From positions 5,270,001 to 5,334,000 of the forward strand of contig JAYWIR010000002.1 in the NCBI GenBank assembly GCA_036172245.1: a stretch of DNA of 64,000 nucleotides, in the 5' to 3' direction. This document shows, in pieces, positions 12,051 to 24,098 of the stretch. Below the pieces are notes generated by a model. The model saw only the letters and a list, made by a program, of their open reading frames with translations. It was not told the DNA's origin and searched no databases. Position numbers and translations under genes: made by a program. Each line of letters starts with the position of its first letter. The first letter of the stretch is position 1. The DNA comes from Raillietiella orientalis (lineage: Eukaryota).

Positions 12051-12420
12051 TGTGGTTACGGCTCAGGGCCTCCCTGCTGACTGGGGTAGCCATTACTCCC
12101 GGAGCGATAGTAATCTGGCCGGCTTCGCGTCGAGTCTCTTGGGGTCTCCGGGAGGACAGGGGCGAGGTCACGGAGAAATGAGAAGTATCCTCCCACGAAC
12201 CGGGGGCCCTCCAAAGAGAATAAGAAAGAGGTAGTTCCCTTAGGGGTTCCCTCCGGAGTTAACCAGGGCGAGGGCTCCTTTTGGGGTTCCCCCCAAGCGC
12301 GAGAGGAACGGACTTCTTCCTCCGGAGCCCTTCCTGGATTCATAGAGTGATCCATCCAAGGTTATCCCTCCAACCTGAACAGTCACTCGGGTGAGTAGAA
12401 CAGTGCTGAGGAGCTGTGTG
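12051..12420 (+). mobile_element. Long SINE-like element, internally rearranged third copy of cluster 1
   Basis: Starts TGTGGTTACGG (head motif) and ends with the shared GAGAGGAACGGAC..GAGCCCTTCCTGGATTCATAG..CACTCGGGTGAGTAGAACAGTG block. Confidence 0.65.
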
Positions 12421-12429
12421 ATCCGCCAG

Positions 12430-14550
12430 ACGAACGACGGTTCTTCATTACTTAGCAAGCCAAAAACCTCCCGATGACCCAAAGTCACCTCTCGCTTCCA
12501 TTCACAGGAGGGAGGGGGAAGGTCCCGAGCGAGGCTCCATCACGGAAGGGGCTGCAACGGACAATGGCGCGGAGGCGCAACAGATGGCTGCGATCACGGC
12601 GTCCACCGCTGCCCGCTCCCTCTTCGTGTGAAGAAGCGCTGCAGCAAGTCCGAAGCGGCGTCCCCAGGTGGACGAAACGAATCTCCGCTAAATGCCCTCC
12701 AGTGCACTGCAGTCCAACAGGAGGTGCAGGAACTAGTCCATTGCTCCATGCACCTGGAACAATTCAGGAAGGCAGTTCTCCCTGAAACCAGGAGACTGTG
12801 CAGGTTGCACCGGCAATCCCCATGTCAGAAACCTCAGGACATTCCGTTTCCAACGGTGCGGGAACACGTATGTGTCCGCGCACCGGGAAGGGGTCACAGG
12901 TTCTTCGGGGGCACATCGATCAGGTCGCACTGCCGAAGGCGTTCCTTCTCCGGACCGAGGAGTGGCGCACTGTCCACCCGCTCGCTCGTCTTGCAGCCGT
13001 CAAGGAGTTTCTCGATTCCTGAAGTGTTGAAGGACCACTTCCAGCCCGCCGGCTGGCTGCTGTCATCGTTAACCCTAAGGGCAGGCAGTGCTGCGGCAAG
13101 GAGTGAGATGGCTATCCGAAAACACTGCGTTCAGTCCTGCAGTATATCTCCTTGAAGTTTACTTAAGAGTTTTCGCGGGGAATGAAGTTCCTTTGGGCTC
13201 ACTTCCAGAGTGGTCGGCGGGTGAAACTCGCATTGAGGGTGAAACTCGAACGCACGACCTACTGCATCGACTCAGTTCGGGGTATTCGAACCCGCGACGC
13301 ATGGTACCACCCGCAGAGACCGTAACCACACGGCCTCCAACGCAGGCATTCCAGAGTGGACTCCCAGGACTCCAGAGCCTCCTGCGGCCGGATATCCCAG
13401 TTTTCGGGCAGCAAGAGCCCAAAGGTGGGACTCCAACAATGAGGTGACAGTTGCCTCAGGGGAACTGTCACCCTTGTCATCCCTCCATCCTGTGTCGGCA
13501 GAGCGGAAGCAACAAGGAAAGTTTTTCGCTTCCAGTGCTGCAGGATGTGCAGTTCCTGATGTTACACATTGGGGAGAGGTCCAAACAAATCGTCAGGAAG
13601 CGCGAAAAGTCGGAAGTGTACCTGTACTTCGATCTCCTGGGTAGTAAGGACGCCGAAGGCGGAATCCTGGAGCAGCGCCACCAAGCCTTTCAGCCAGATC
13701 CGGGACCTTGCAACGCCCCAACTGCGCCCGGATCTTGTCTGAATGAAGAGTCAGAGAGAGGAGAGAGAGGAGGGATTTCCTGCTGCTTGCTCGTAGCAGC
13801 GTTGGAATAGGCAGGATGAATAAATAAATAGTCAGAGGGCAGGGATAGGAGACGCTGGAATTGCTTCTCCGCCCCTGCAGCCTCCCACAAGACGTCAGCG
13901 ATCTCCTTGCTGACTTCCCTGTTCAAACGGGAGCACCTGTGAGTCTTCCTCGTGAAAGGGACAGCGGTACTCCCCTCCGGCGGCGTGACAGCTGCAGCTT
14001 CGGGGAGTAGTGAGTCCTCGTTCTGCTGCGGGATGCAGCATGACGTCGCGATCAAGGCGGAAGACGAGAGGCCCTCTGGCGAGGAGGAGCGGCGCAGCAG
14101 TTCAACCGGCGTATCTCGAGTGATGCGGGAGCGCGGAAGCCAGCCGGCGGAGGGTGCCGCGGTTCACCCAACTGGCGGCGGCAGCCATGCAATCGCCCAC
14201 GCGCCTGCCTCACTCCGAAGAGTGAGGCAGGAGATCACAGCGCAAGAGGAGCACCACGTCGTACTGCCTCCCGAGGGGGAGCACGAGTGTGTCCAGACAG
14301 GGGAGAGGGACGAACAGCTCTTTCGGGAAGAGCACCCCCCAAGTTTCAGCCTGCTGGAGCAGTTTCACCTGAATGCAGGGCGTAGCCGCGTTGACCAGCT
14401 CTTTGGAAAGGCATGCACCCCCTCTCAAGAGTTTCCCCACCCCTCTTCTCCGGCTGGCAACTGCCGTTGCTTTCGCATAGAGAAGACAGCGCTGCGACCC
14501 GAAGGTTTGGCAGATATGCAGGTCCACTCCACTTCCCCGTTATCTTGACG
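12430..14550 (-). mobile_element. L1/Tx1-like LINE relic: APE endonuclease plus C-terminal CCHC region, no RT seen
   Basis: LLQQAET, ADVLWEAA..DYLFIHP, PLSD..GPG..LLQDSAF (endonuclease end). Lower part NCSRC..HLLLDCSALEGI..DAASDLLQRFFT..AVIAAICC is homologous to the ORF2 end at 62947-63300. Confidence 0.7.
13214..13348 (-). mobile_element. Head-only (3'-truncated) SINE copy with 11-bp target-site duplication, inserted in a LINE relic
   Basis: Reverse complement GCCTGCGTTGGAGGCCGTGTGGTTACGGTCTCTGCGGGTGGTACCATGCGTCGCGGGTTCGAATACCCC..; flanked by direct repeat TTCCAGAGTGG at 13203-13213 and 13349-13359. Confidence 0.85.
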
Positions 14551-14586
14551 ACGATCCTCTGCATTTTCATCCGGCTTTGACGGGGC

Positions 14587-14612
14587 ATATATCATATATA
14601 TATATATATATA
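14587..14612. repeat. (TA)n microsatellite
   Basis: ATATATCATATATATATATATATATA. Confidence 0.85.
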
Positions 14613-14635
14613 AATAAAATAAGGGAAATTCGTTG

Positions 14636-14695
14636 CAGCTTTCACGTGATTTCTTTTAGTATGTGGCCGAACTAAAAGAAATCATGTGGAAGCTG
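14636..14695. repeat. 25-bp inverted repeat with 10-nt loop (hairpin)
   Basis: CAGCTTTCACGTGATTTCTTTTAGT / ACTAAAAGAAATCATGTGGAAGCTG; two mismatches. Confidence 0.9.
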
Positions 14696-14869
14696 TCTAT
14701 TACCGGTACACAGCCCAGCGATGTCCGCTTCCGCAGCGGGGGAGAGGGGTTAAGCGAAAGCGAAAGTAAACAAACAAAGGAAAAAAGGCAGGAAAGCTTT
14801 ACTTAGGGTGGGGGGGGGGGATATTCAGGAAGGTATCACTGCTCGCTGCCAGGAGTCCTCCGCATCCTG

Positions 14870-17330
14870 TCCAGGATGCAGGATGCTGGTCAAAATTGTT
14901 CCGGATGTTGCTCGGGCGGGGCCATGTCGTGGAGGCCCTTAAGAAGATTCTCATCCAAAGGATGGCGTCCCTTCCATTTTGGCGTCTTCTTCCTGCGTCC
15001 AGACCTTCATCATTGCGCGAGGACAGCAGAGAACTGCAAGAGACGCGGCTTTAAGCAGTGCGTCAAGTGCGCAAAGAGGCGTTTCAAAATGTTCCTGGGG
15101 CCGCCACCGGGATTCCAAGGGCCTTCGCTAGGCGATCCCAAAGGGGTCTGATGGCAGAATAGTCTGGAAGCAGGTGCAAGAAGGTCTCCTTCTTCCCTCA
15201 TTTGTACCACTCAGCACCCACTCTACCTCGTGTATAGTGATGAAGGCACACTTGGCACGGGATTGCGAGACCAGCAACGTTGACTCCTGTCACTTGACGA
15301 AGAGAGCGCCATCGTTCCAGCTATCTGGAGACCGCTCCACTTCCTCGGAAGGGATCGCGAGCAGCCCTCCTCAGCGTAAAAGTCCTTTGGACAGGATACT
15401 CGGGGTCGCAGCATCCACTAGCTGCCGAGGTGCCCTTTTTGCTGCAATGCATCACGTCACTTCCCACCTTGCTGTCCCTTGCAACCTTTAGGGAGGGCAA
15501 TAGAGTGGTAGTAGGACAGTTGGCCCCACCATGTCCATACCATGAAAACTTGCCGAGAAGTCGGTGAGCAGAGGCAAGGGCACCCTCAGCAGCGGAGGGG
15601 AGGGGAGGAAACAAAATAAAAATGAAAATATAGTTAGAATGACCTTGGGGCAAGGAGGGAAACACGGGGAGGGGTCGTAGCCTGCGGGGGGCTGTCCTGC
15701 GCATCCTCTCGAGGATGCTGGCACTCGAAAGACAGGATGGCCATCCACTGCAGCAGGATATCCCACGGCACATGTGCCATAGCGATGTTCTGGCACTCAA
15801 AAGTCAACCAATGGTAAACACCCTTCGGGCATGTGAAGCACTGCTGCGTACGACACGCAGATGGACATATCTGAAAAGGAAGGATCGCAAGGAGCTTGAA
15901 GGATACACAGACTACTATCCGGTGCCAAAATCCTAGTCGCATCAAGGTCCCATCACCTTTTTCCCTTTCCCTTCCTCTCTTCCCTCAGCCCTTTTCTTCT
16001 CCCACAGGCTTCCCTGAACGGTTTGGCTAACTTTCCCTCCCGCCAGAATGAGAAAATTGTATGCTTATTTATAGATTTTTAAGTATAAAGAGACGTTCCG
16101 GTGCATCCGGGAATACGAAGAGGATGCCGACAATTCCTGCTGCACATTCCTCAGGTTGTGCCATCTCGTCGCCCTCTGCAGACAAAAAAAAAAGATTAGC
16201 TTGAAGTGGATGGCTCCCCTAGAGCAGCCTCCTCCTCTGGCATCGCTTCAGATCGCCACAATCCGCGTAGGCAGCAAAGAGCTGCCAGGGATGAGGTTGG
16301 CAGTAATGAGCTGCGCGCGAAGACGGGATTTCCGTGCGTCCCTGGGGTTGCCGCGTGGAGTCCGAAGACTCGTAGCTGCGGAACATTCCTGCATAGGTCT
16401 CAGGGCAACGCATTTCGAGAGTAGGTGCAGGAGGGATTCGTATGCCCCGCAATCTCTGCAGTTTTGGGGTCCATCTCCTCTTCCCCATCCCCCCCACTCT
16501 CCGGGTTCTAGTGATGTCGGCGGGAGTTTCGTGGTAATAGAGGAAGCGCCAACTCCTGCTGCTTGAGAGGGAGGGTGCAGTTGTTCGGGGACGCTGGAGG
16601 TCTGCCACTCGAGGTCTCCACGGTCGTCCGCTGGGACGTCCTGCAGAAAGATCGAACCGGAACATCCAGATTTAGGCACATCCACATTCAGGAATCCCCC
16701 CCCGGGGGGGGGGGAGATCTTGCGTATTCTGCTCAGGCCGTGAAGGATGCAGAGCCGTGGAACCTATTCTCTTATCCTATTCCCTCTTCTGATTGTTTGC
16801 TGACGCAGCATTCCGGTTGTTGCGGTGGACGATCTTATGCAACGCGCGAGTCCATCACTGGACGAGGGAATGCAGCCCCAGACTGTGCCAGGTACGGGGA
16901 AACGGGAAGCCTTCTTGCAACTGCTGTTGGATCGCGTTGCCCTGAGTGTCCGGGAACGCTCCGTTCAGACCTTGCCACTCCCGACGGGAGATGACAGAGA
17001 GTTCTTGCAGCGCCTCTTCGCGTCCGACTGGATATCGCTTGCAGCTTCCCTTGTGGCCCTGTGCTGCCTCCGTGAGATTGGGCGGCAAGAAGCCGCGCCG
17101 AAGGGGGCCAACCGAAGGGTGAGGTTGTCCCAATCGTCGCCTGCTTCTTCATGAGGAAGGCAACAAGATGGCTACATCTCTGCCAGCAATAAGAGGAAGA
17201 TGGTCAACGTCCTCCAGATGATGCTGAGGACTCCAGGAAAAAATCTGTGGTCCTTTCCCTTCCTGTGATTCCTTCCCCCCAACATTAATTTAAAGTGAAC
17301 TTTTGTTTTTTTTGTGTTTTTATTTACCCC
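14870..17330 (+). mobile_element. L1/Tx1-like LINE relic: ORF1-like part, ORF2 start and ORF2 C-terminus
   Basis: CIVMKAHLARDC (degenerate zinc knuckle, about 15230), SLQIATIRVG (ORF2 start, about 16240), PDCARYGE..QLLLDRVAL..FLQRLF..ISLAASLVALCCLREI (homologous to the 63-kb copy). Confidence 0.65.
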
Positions 17331-17599
17331 TTCCCCCACTCTTCCTGTGCGGACCACATTGGGGAGCTGCCCACGAGAAGCAGCGCCCCCGAGGCATTTC
17401 CCTTCGTACTGGTGCTGTGAAACCACTACGAAGGTTTGTAGGACATTCATTATGAAAATACTAAAAGCACATTGAAATTAGTCACTTGGTTCACCACGAT
17501 GGTCCAGCTTGCCATTGTCCGGTACGGAGACCGGCGGGATTCGCTCCCGCAGAGAAGGGAGAAGGAAAATCACAAAAAAGAAAAAAAGGGGGAGAGGGG

Positions 17600-19458
17600 G
17601 GATGTTTTTTGGGGAGGGGAGTGGAGTGGAGAAGGGATCACAATACACCGGGAGACGTCGTCTGCTACCTGTCCAGGACGCAGACAAGTGGTGTTCATGT
17701 GCTGTCCAGGTGGGACCATCTTGATACACGGTCTTGAAAAAGATCCGCGCGCCCAGCGAATGGCGTCCCTGCCATTCTGTCCTCTTGTCGCATTCCAGGC
17801 TACCACGGTTCCGCGGACGCAGCGGAGAACTGCGAGGGACGCGACTGGCGGCAGAGCGGCAGCACGCATGAAGAGGCGCCGAAAAAAATGTCCTTGCGGA
17901 CGAATACCGGGATTTCTAGAATCAACGACAGACGATCCCAAAGGGTTTGGGACCACTACGAAGGAAGACATTTTTTTACATCATTTTTAGACATTTTTTT
18001 CTTGTAGATTTTTTTTTTTTCACAAGAAACATTCCTGCGTGACCGGATGAAAAATCTCCAAATGCCCGTAGGTGATAGGAGTTGCTGGGAGCAATCCCGC
18101 CCGATGATTAGCTGCGCGGAGGGCACCCTCTCCTCGCAGCGAATCATCGAGAGGCCGGTCACACGCCCTCAGTTAAGTGAGGACCACTCGTTTTCGATCC
18201 ACCTAAGCGGCCCTCGTCCCGCAAGCAACGAACCTCCCGGGTCCAGCTGGGAACGAAGGGGAATTGAGCCGTCATCCGCGGAGCTTTGGGAGAAGCTGAA
18301 CCCCATCGAATGGTCGGAGTACACCCACAGCCTGCCCACAGTGGCATGCGGAAAAGAAACCTCCGCCCCGAAGACCAATCACACAAATACCAGCCTGCAT
18401 TTCGCGGAGGGGGAGGGGGGTTAGGGGTGAGACTCGAATTGTGTGGGCCACCGTGGCCGGAAGGGTTCCCCACATGCGAGAGTCCCGGGCTCACGAAAGT
18501 AGCGCTCTCGAGCTACGTCACCGACGGATCTCTTCTCGGGGAGCTTCCCTCTCCTGTCGAGGTCGAGGAGGCTGGGGACGGCCCCTCTTGCACCCCGGCC
18601 AATCCTGAGGAACGCTCTGCTTGCACCCTCGAGGCTCTTCTCATCCTCACTGGTCTAAAAAATATTGCATTCAACTTGCAGCACCGTGGCTACACATCTA
18701 AGAGGACTCCACGAAGAAACCGCTGCTTTTGGCAGCTGTGACGGCTGGTGGACCCAGCAAACAGCCCCATCTCAAGAAGAAGGACGTCACTCGCACTGCA
18801 GGAACAAACCCGGAAGTCGAAGGGGTTGGACTCTCAGAGTTCATCTTCCCCCCTCCCTCCCTCCGGAATTCTCTAGGAACCATACCTTGAGGGGGAAAAA
18901 TAAATAAATAAACAACATCTGTTGTCCCTTTTCCTTTGCACAACCAGCCAGCCGCCCTCTCTGAGCAGAGCTGCGCGTGCAGGTGCCCCTGCCCATTCCT
19001 TCCTTAGGGAGGACCTTGGTTCTTTCCTTGTCGTGTGTTCATTGTCTTTGTCTTCGATAAACGTTTCGGAGAAGCCGCGGTTGCGAGTTATTGGCAGAGC
19101 TCCATCTGTAGCCACAGTGTGCAGGGTCCCCACGTGGCAAGTTCAATTTTCGCAACACTCTGTCCACCACCCTCCTTAAGTGATCTTTCTACAGCGGTAG
19201 CACCTTGAACCGGGATGCGTTGGGGGAGAGACTCGAAGATCCTGGACTGCCCGTACGACCCCTGCGAATGGACCACCGAGCTGCGTTCGCGGGACATCGG
19301 CCGTTTCGTCGCGCGCCGAAGAGGAGAAACCGAGCCTCTAGCACGCAGAGTGAATCAGACCAGGAGCCATCTTATCAAGTCTTTTTGGATGGAGCTTCGC
19401 GGTACGAATTCGCATTTTCGCAAAAAATTGACCTGGACCACGCTTAAGGGTCCAGTTG
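17600..19458 (+). mobile_element. Decayed Ty3/gypsy pol (RNase H end through integrase C-terminus)
   Basis: In order: IHRETSSA (resembles IEKE.LA), PRAQRMA..TARDA (resembles PRIQRWA..ADAL), CWEQSRPMISCAEG..RII..RPQL..H, PWPEG..SPVEV, and TRSHLI..LRGTNSHFRK (resembles RSY.V..RRN..HLR). Confidence 0.65.
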
Positions 19459-20290
19459 GCCCGCGTTTGTGACCGTGTGGCTGCGATCTCCTCGTGTGGC
19501 ACCAAGCGTTGCGGGTTCGAATCCATACGTGGAGGATCGACGCCGAGAAATAGGTGCGTGCGTCGTGGACTTCAAATTCTACCCGCAGGATGACGCTAGT
19601 CGGCCCATGGGCATTGCGGCACTGGTGGAAATCGGAAACCCCCGGATGCCCCGTTGAGTGGCTGAGATTGGAAGTAGACCTCTATGGTCCTTCCAGGACA
19701 TCAAGGAGCCAGCTCCCTTCGGGATTCCCCTCTGATTGTCCGTTACCATGGAGCTGGTTGATAACCTCTCGAGGGATCGTCTCTCCAGAGTGTCAAGAAG
19801 TGCGCTGCTTCCTTGGGGGAGCGATCCTTCTGAGAAAATGAAGAGAGTCCCTCCCGGGTTCTCTTCCGAGGAGGAAACAAGGAGCGGTTCTCTTGTGGGT
19901 GCCCTCTGGAGAGGAAAATTCCAAGAGCGGATCCTTTCCGGGTTCCTTCCGAAGAACAAACGATCCTTTCCTCTTAATCCCTCCGGAGAGAATCAGGAAG
20001 AGGTTCCCTACAGGGTTGCTTACTGGGTTCCCTCCTAAGAATAAGGGAAGAACGGACTCCTTCTTCCTCAGCCCTTCCTGGATCCATAGGGTGATTCCTA
20101 TGGGGTCAACCCCTAACTAAAAGAATGGCACATACCCTCGGGTAGTGTGGGCAATGTTTGAAAATCTTTGTAAGTTCTCCCTTACTCCTTGAGGAGGTGG
20201 TGAGTTCTTTAGCTCTCCTTGAGAACCAAAAAAAAAATTAAAGAGCCGGAAGGAAAACGGCGAGAACCGAGGAACCCAAAAGGATTCTCA
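19459..20290 (+). mobile_element. Long tRNA-headed SINE-like element, apparently full length (about 830 nt)
   Basis: Head GCCCGCGTTTGTGACCGTGTGGCTGC..GTGGCACCAAGCGTTGCGGGTTCGAATCC, full body, A-rich tract at about 20228-20242, then conserved tail GAAGGAAAACGGCGA..GAACCCAAAAGGATT. Confidence 0.85.
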
Positions 20291-20299
20291 CTACCCGGG

Positions 20300-21250
20300 T
20301 CGAATGTTAAGATCGTAACGGTCTTTACAAGGCATTCTCGAACGAGCACTCCCTGAGGGTGTGGTTGAACAGACTTCGCAGTTGGAGCGCGAATTGCTCG
20401 GCCTGAGCACGCTGTCTCTTTCTTTCTTTCTCTCTCTCTCTCTCTTTTTTGTTGTTTTTGTTTTGGGAAGGGGGGGGAGGGGAGGGATTTCCGATGCAGG
20501 ATTCTGTCATCAGCCGCAGTACCAGAGTTTTGCTTCGAACCACACCCTTTCGTGTTTCGAGCTTCACCAGCGACGGTTTTGAAATCCTCGCTTCTCTCAC
20601 GCCTCCCCGAGTTTACGCGTTTCTGCGGCTGCAGCAGATGCATGGCAAATGAAGCCCAACGCAGCTGTCTCGTTCACTTCTATGAAGAGAAATTCGAGGG
20701 CTGAAGCAGAATAGTGCTGCTGCTCCCGCGAACTTCCGTTTGTCCCTTTGCCGACATCAGGCATTCGGGGAGGTTGCTATGTGCACAAGATTGAAAACGT
20801 TGCACTTGATGTCTGGAAAGCGAAAGAAATAGCGAAACGCGTGCAAGGGTTGAAGCACGCTCCCTGCACGCGCTTTTGAGATCCGCAGCTCTGTCCCGAG
20901 CTGCACGTCCCGTGCAGCGACGGCAGACGCTCTCCTGCAACCGGAAGTCGAGATGATGCGCGATGAATTTCCCGCTGATTGAGCTTCTGAACGCGAGGAG
21001 AGGCAGCACGTTTTTGAGCACGTGGGTCTCGTCGCGAAGAGGTCGATTCAGATTTCAAAGGGACTCTCGCAGGCCACGCCGGGGACTCCGTGTTGTTGTT
21101 CCAGTTTCCCTGAGCGCGCTCCAGGAGGACGGAAGAGTGGAGCAGGAGATATCCCTCAGGCTCCATGAGAGAAATCTGTTATCAGCAGCGAAAGAGAACG
21201 TGCACGAGCCATCACATTAGACAGATGGTTTCGTGGTGAAATCACGAGCC
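20300..21250 (-). mobile_element. Decayed Ty3/gypsy reverse transcriptase
   Basis: PEGYLLL (resembles P.G.Y.F), RDRAADLKSACRERASTL..LF (resembles RL..VL..CRE.G..L..C.F), MSAKG..STIL..P, ISKPSLVKLETRKGV. Confidence 0.5.
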
Positions 21251-24063
21251 CTGATAAGCAGCTTCCTCGTTTTTCCCTCTCGGTCTCGTGGAATGAAAAG
21301 GAAGAAAAAACATTCTGGTTGCAAACACTACGTAACACAAAGCACACAAAGTGTAAACAACCGGGACGCCGCAGTGCATTATTTTATTATTTTTGGCACA
21401 AAATATTTCTTTTGAGGCGATAATGGCAGTAATAGCGACGTGCTGGGAAAAAGCACTCACCTAAGATGAATTCCGACTGCAGAATAACTGCAGCCGAAAA
21501 ACGCGAAGAAGCCCAGGGAAAGGAAAGTCTTCACGGGAATTCCGATGAATTAATAGGCGATGCTGGCTACTCAAAGGATGAAGCTTTTAGAGCTTTTGCG
21601 TGTAGAGCTGCCTAATTTACAAAATGGTGAGGTTCAAACGATCGGGACACAAGAATCGCACAGGGTCTCCTGGAGCTGGAGCAAGAATTCAAGAGATTTG
21701 GAATAAACCGAGATCACTTTTTTTTTTCTTCTTCTCCAGATGTTCCATTTTCTCGGAAGAATCCGTTTGCTAATTCAGCATCTACATTCGCAGGATGCGC
21801 GCGCTTGAAGAACAGCTTGTAAGACTTGGGGTCATCCCGAAATCCAAGAAAACTTGACTCTCCACAGCATGTCATAAAGTAGCAGAAGAGTAATGAAGTT
21901 GGCGATGAATTCAAAGATTTGACGAATAATGGTAGGCACTGCTTGACAGGAATGTTTGATGTAAGGCGGAACAGCCAAAGAGCCATAAAAGCATGGCAGA
22001 AGATTCAGGAAACGCCAACATTTGGGCCTTAAACGTAAGCGCAAGCAAGAAGAGCATTTTGTATTTGACGAGACTACCTATTATTTTGCAAACCTTTCAT
22101 AAATAAGAGAGCTCGGGGTTTTTCTGCAAGAAAGCTTTCAATGGACGACTCCCATGCAACAGAAGAGATTCATTAAAGCCCACAAGAAGTGAAACTTCTC
22201 AGTGCAAAGGGAAGTAATAGAGAAACTGGAATGGCGAGAAAATTCTAAATGGGATGCAACACGGGAACGATGCTGCTACGATTTGTCGTGTGAGGCAAAG
22301 AGGTATTGAGAACGGTCCTCAGCCACATTTTAAGATATTGGAAGATCTGATAATGAGAATGACACGGAGCTAGATCGGAAGCAACGATCAGCAGCCTAAA
22401 TATTCTTCTGAAGACAAAGACTGGTGAATAAATTCATGAACTTTCTATTTCTAATCATCCATTCCAACTTTGATTTATTTTATGTCTCACTATTAAGAAC
22501 GCCCTCTGTAAATCGTTTGAATTTGGGCCGGGAACTCGAAGGGCCAAATGCTGGTCAAACGAGAACGACTCAAAACACACACATACAAAAAAAACCTGTC
22601 CTCAGATTCGCGTTGATGACGATAAGCACCATGTACTCGTGGACATCATGCAATGGTGTTCCTCCCACCTTATTCCTATTCTTGAGTACCTCAGTTGTCA
22701 GAAATACCGGAAATCAAATCTGAGGGATTTATGGAATCTTTAGGATGCATTTCTGAGACCATAATCGCTGCACATTGGCACCAATTAGGGAACACGTCAC
22801 ATACTCAGATACGTAAATAGGGCCGCAGGAGAATTAGGAATACAGAGACTACCAAACGAATGCAGGAAAATGGACGTAGGGGGACCAATGCATCGAATCC
22901 GTCTGTCGGTTTAGGGCCATTTCTTTTCCTTCGATGCGACTTCCTTCTCAACACCAATTCTCATTCCTTCGCATCTATGCCATACTTCAGTCCCTTTATA
23001 TGTCCTACGTCCTTTTCCCTAAACAAAAAAAAAAGAACTGTGGAAGGGCAACGGTGTGAAATTCGAAGAGAAAATCCGACTTATGCTCTTCCAGAGATTC
23101 CAGCTGCTGTGCATGGAAGGTGTTTCCTCAAAAGGTGCCCAGTTTGGAAGATGTGTGTTCCTTACTTCGAAAGGATCGCGATGAGTCATCAGAATCCGAA
23201 ATCCCTCCTAAAAGTGTCGTTTCTTACAAAGTCATGTTGGATGCCGACAGGATGACTGTGAGTAGACTGCAGGATCGGTTGAAAAGTCCTGTCCAGAACC
23301 ACAGGAAGGAGCACCCATGCAGAAAATTTCGATTCGATCTCTGTGCCCAAAATAAGAATAAAGTGATGGGGCACAATCGATTCCATGTGCAGAGTAAGCA
23401 TGAAGCAATCGATCCGAACGCTGGCTTTGCGAGACTTTAAGTATAGGGGGAAAAGTGAAAGCATGAAAGATCGACCTTTGTTTCCTGTTGAATGGGAGGT
23501 CCCCCTCACCAGATGAATCTATATCGAATCTACTCGTATCCAGAATCATGGAATTCACTGACAGCCAGCTCGGGTGAATGGCGTGAAAGCAACCGCAGGC
23601 GGAAATAAGCACTGTCGGATGGACTGTGGAGAGAACTCAACCACTTAACACACTTGAACTTTTGAGCCACTCGCCTATTCATGGGAAAGGCTTGTTGGTA
23701 ACATTGGAACTGTTTTCTAAAGACCATGGATGAGAGTCACCTGGCGCATTCGCGTCGATTCTGAATCCCACAAATACGATAGAGTCCACCTTCAGCGCAG
23801 GTGAACTCTATTCAGAGCAGTAGACCCAGAACCGCCTTGCGTTTCTTGTAAACGCTTCCCTTTCATCCAGAAAACACGGGTTGAGGAAAACGACAGCCAC
23901 TGCACCTTACCATTGATCAGCAGACAAATTTTCTCACGTGCCCAGCTTCAAGCAATCTCCAGACCCTTTTTTCTTTCTTCTATAAAGATCGCGTCAACGG
24001 TGCAAACCGAATTTTTGAAGGCTCAAAACAAACATGCCTCAAGTTCATCACGAATCGGAATTG

Positions 24064-24098
<35 letters not shown>

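Noticed and set aside
21540..21630. LIGDAGY resembling a PIF/Harbinger transposase motif
   Set aside because: Isolated motif; no other DDE motifs or TIRs recognised.
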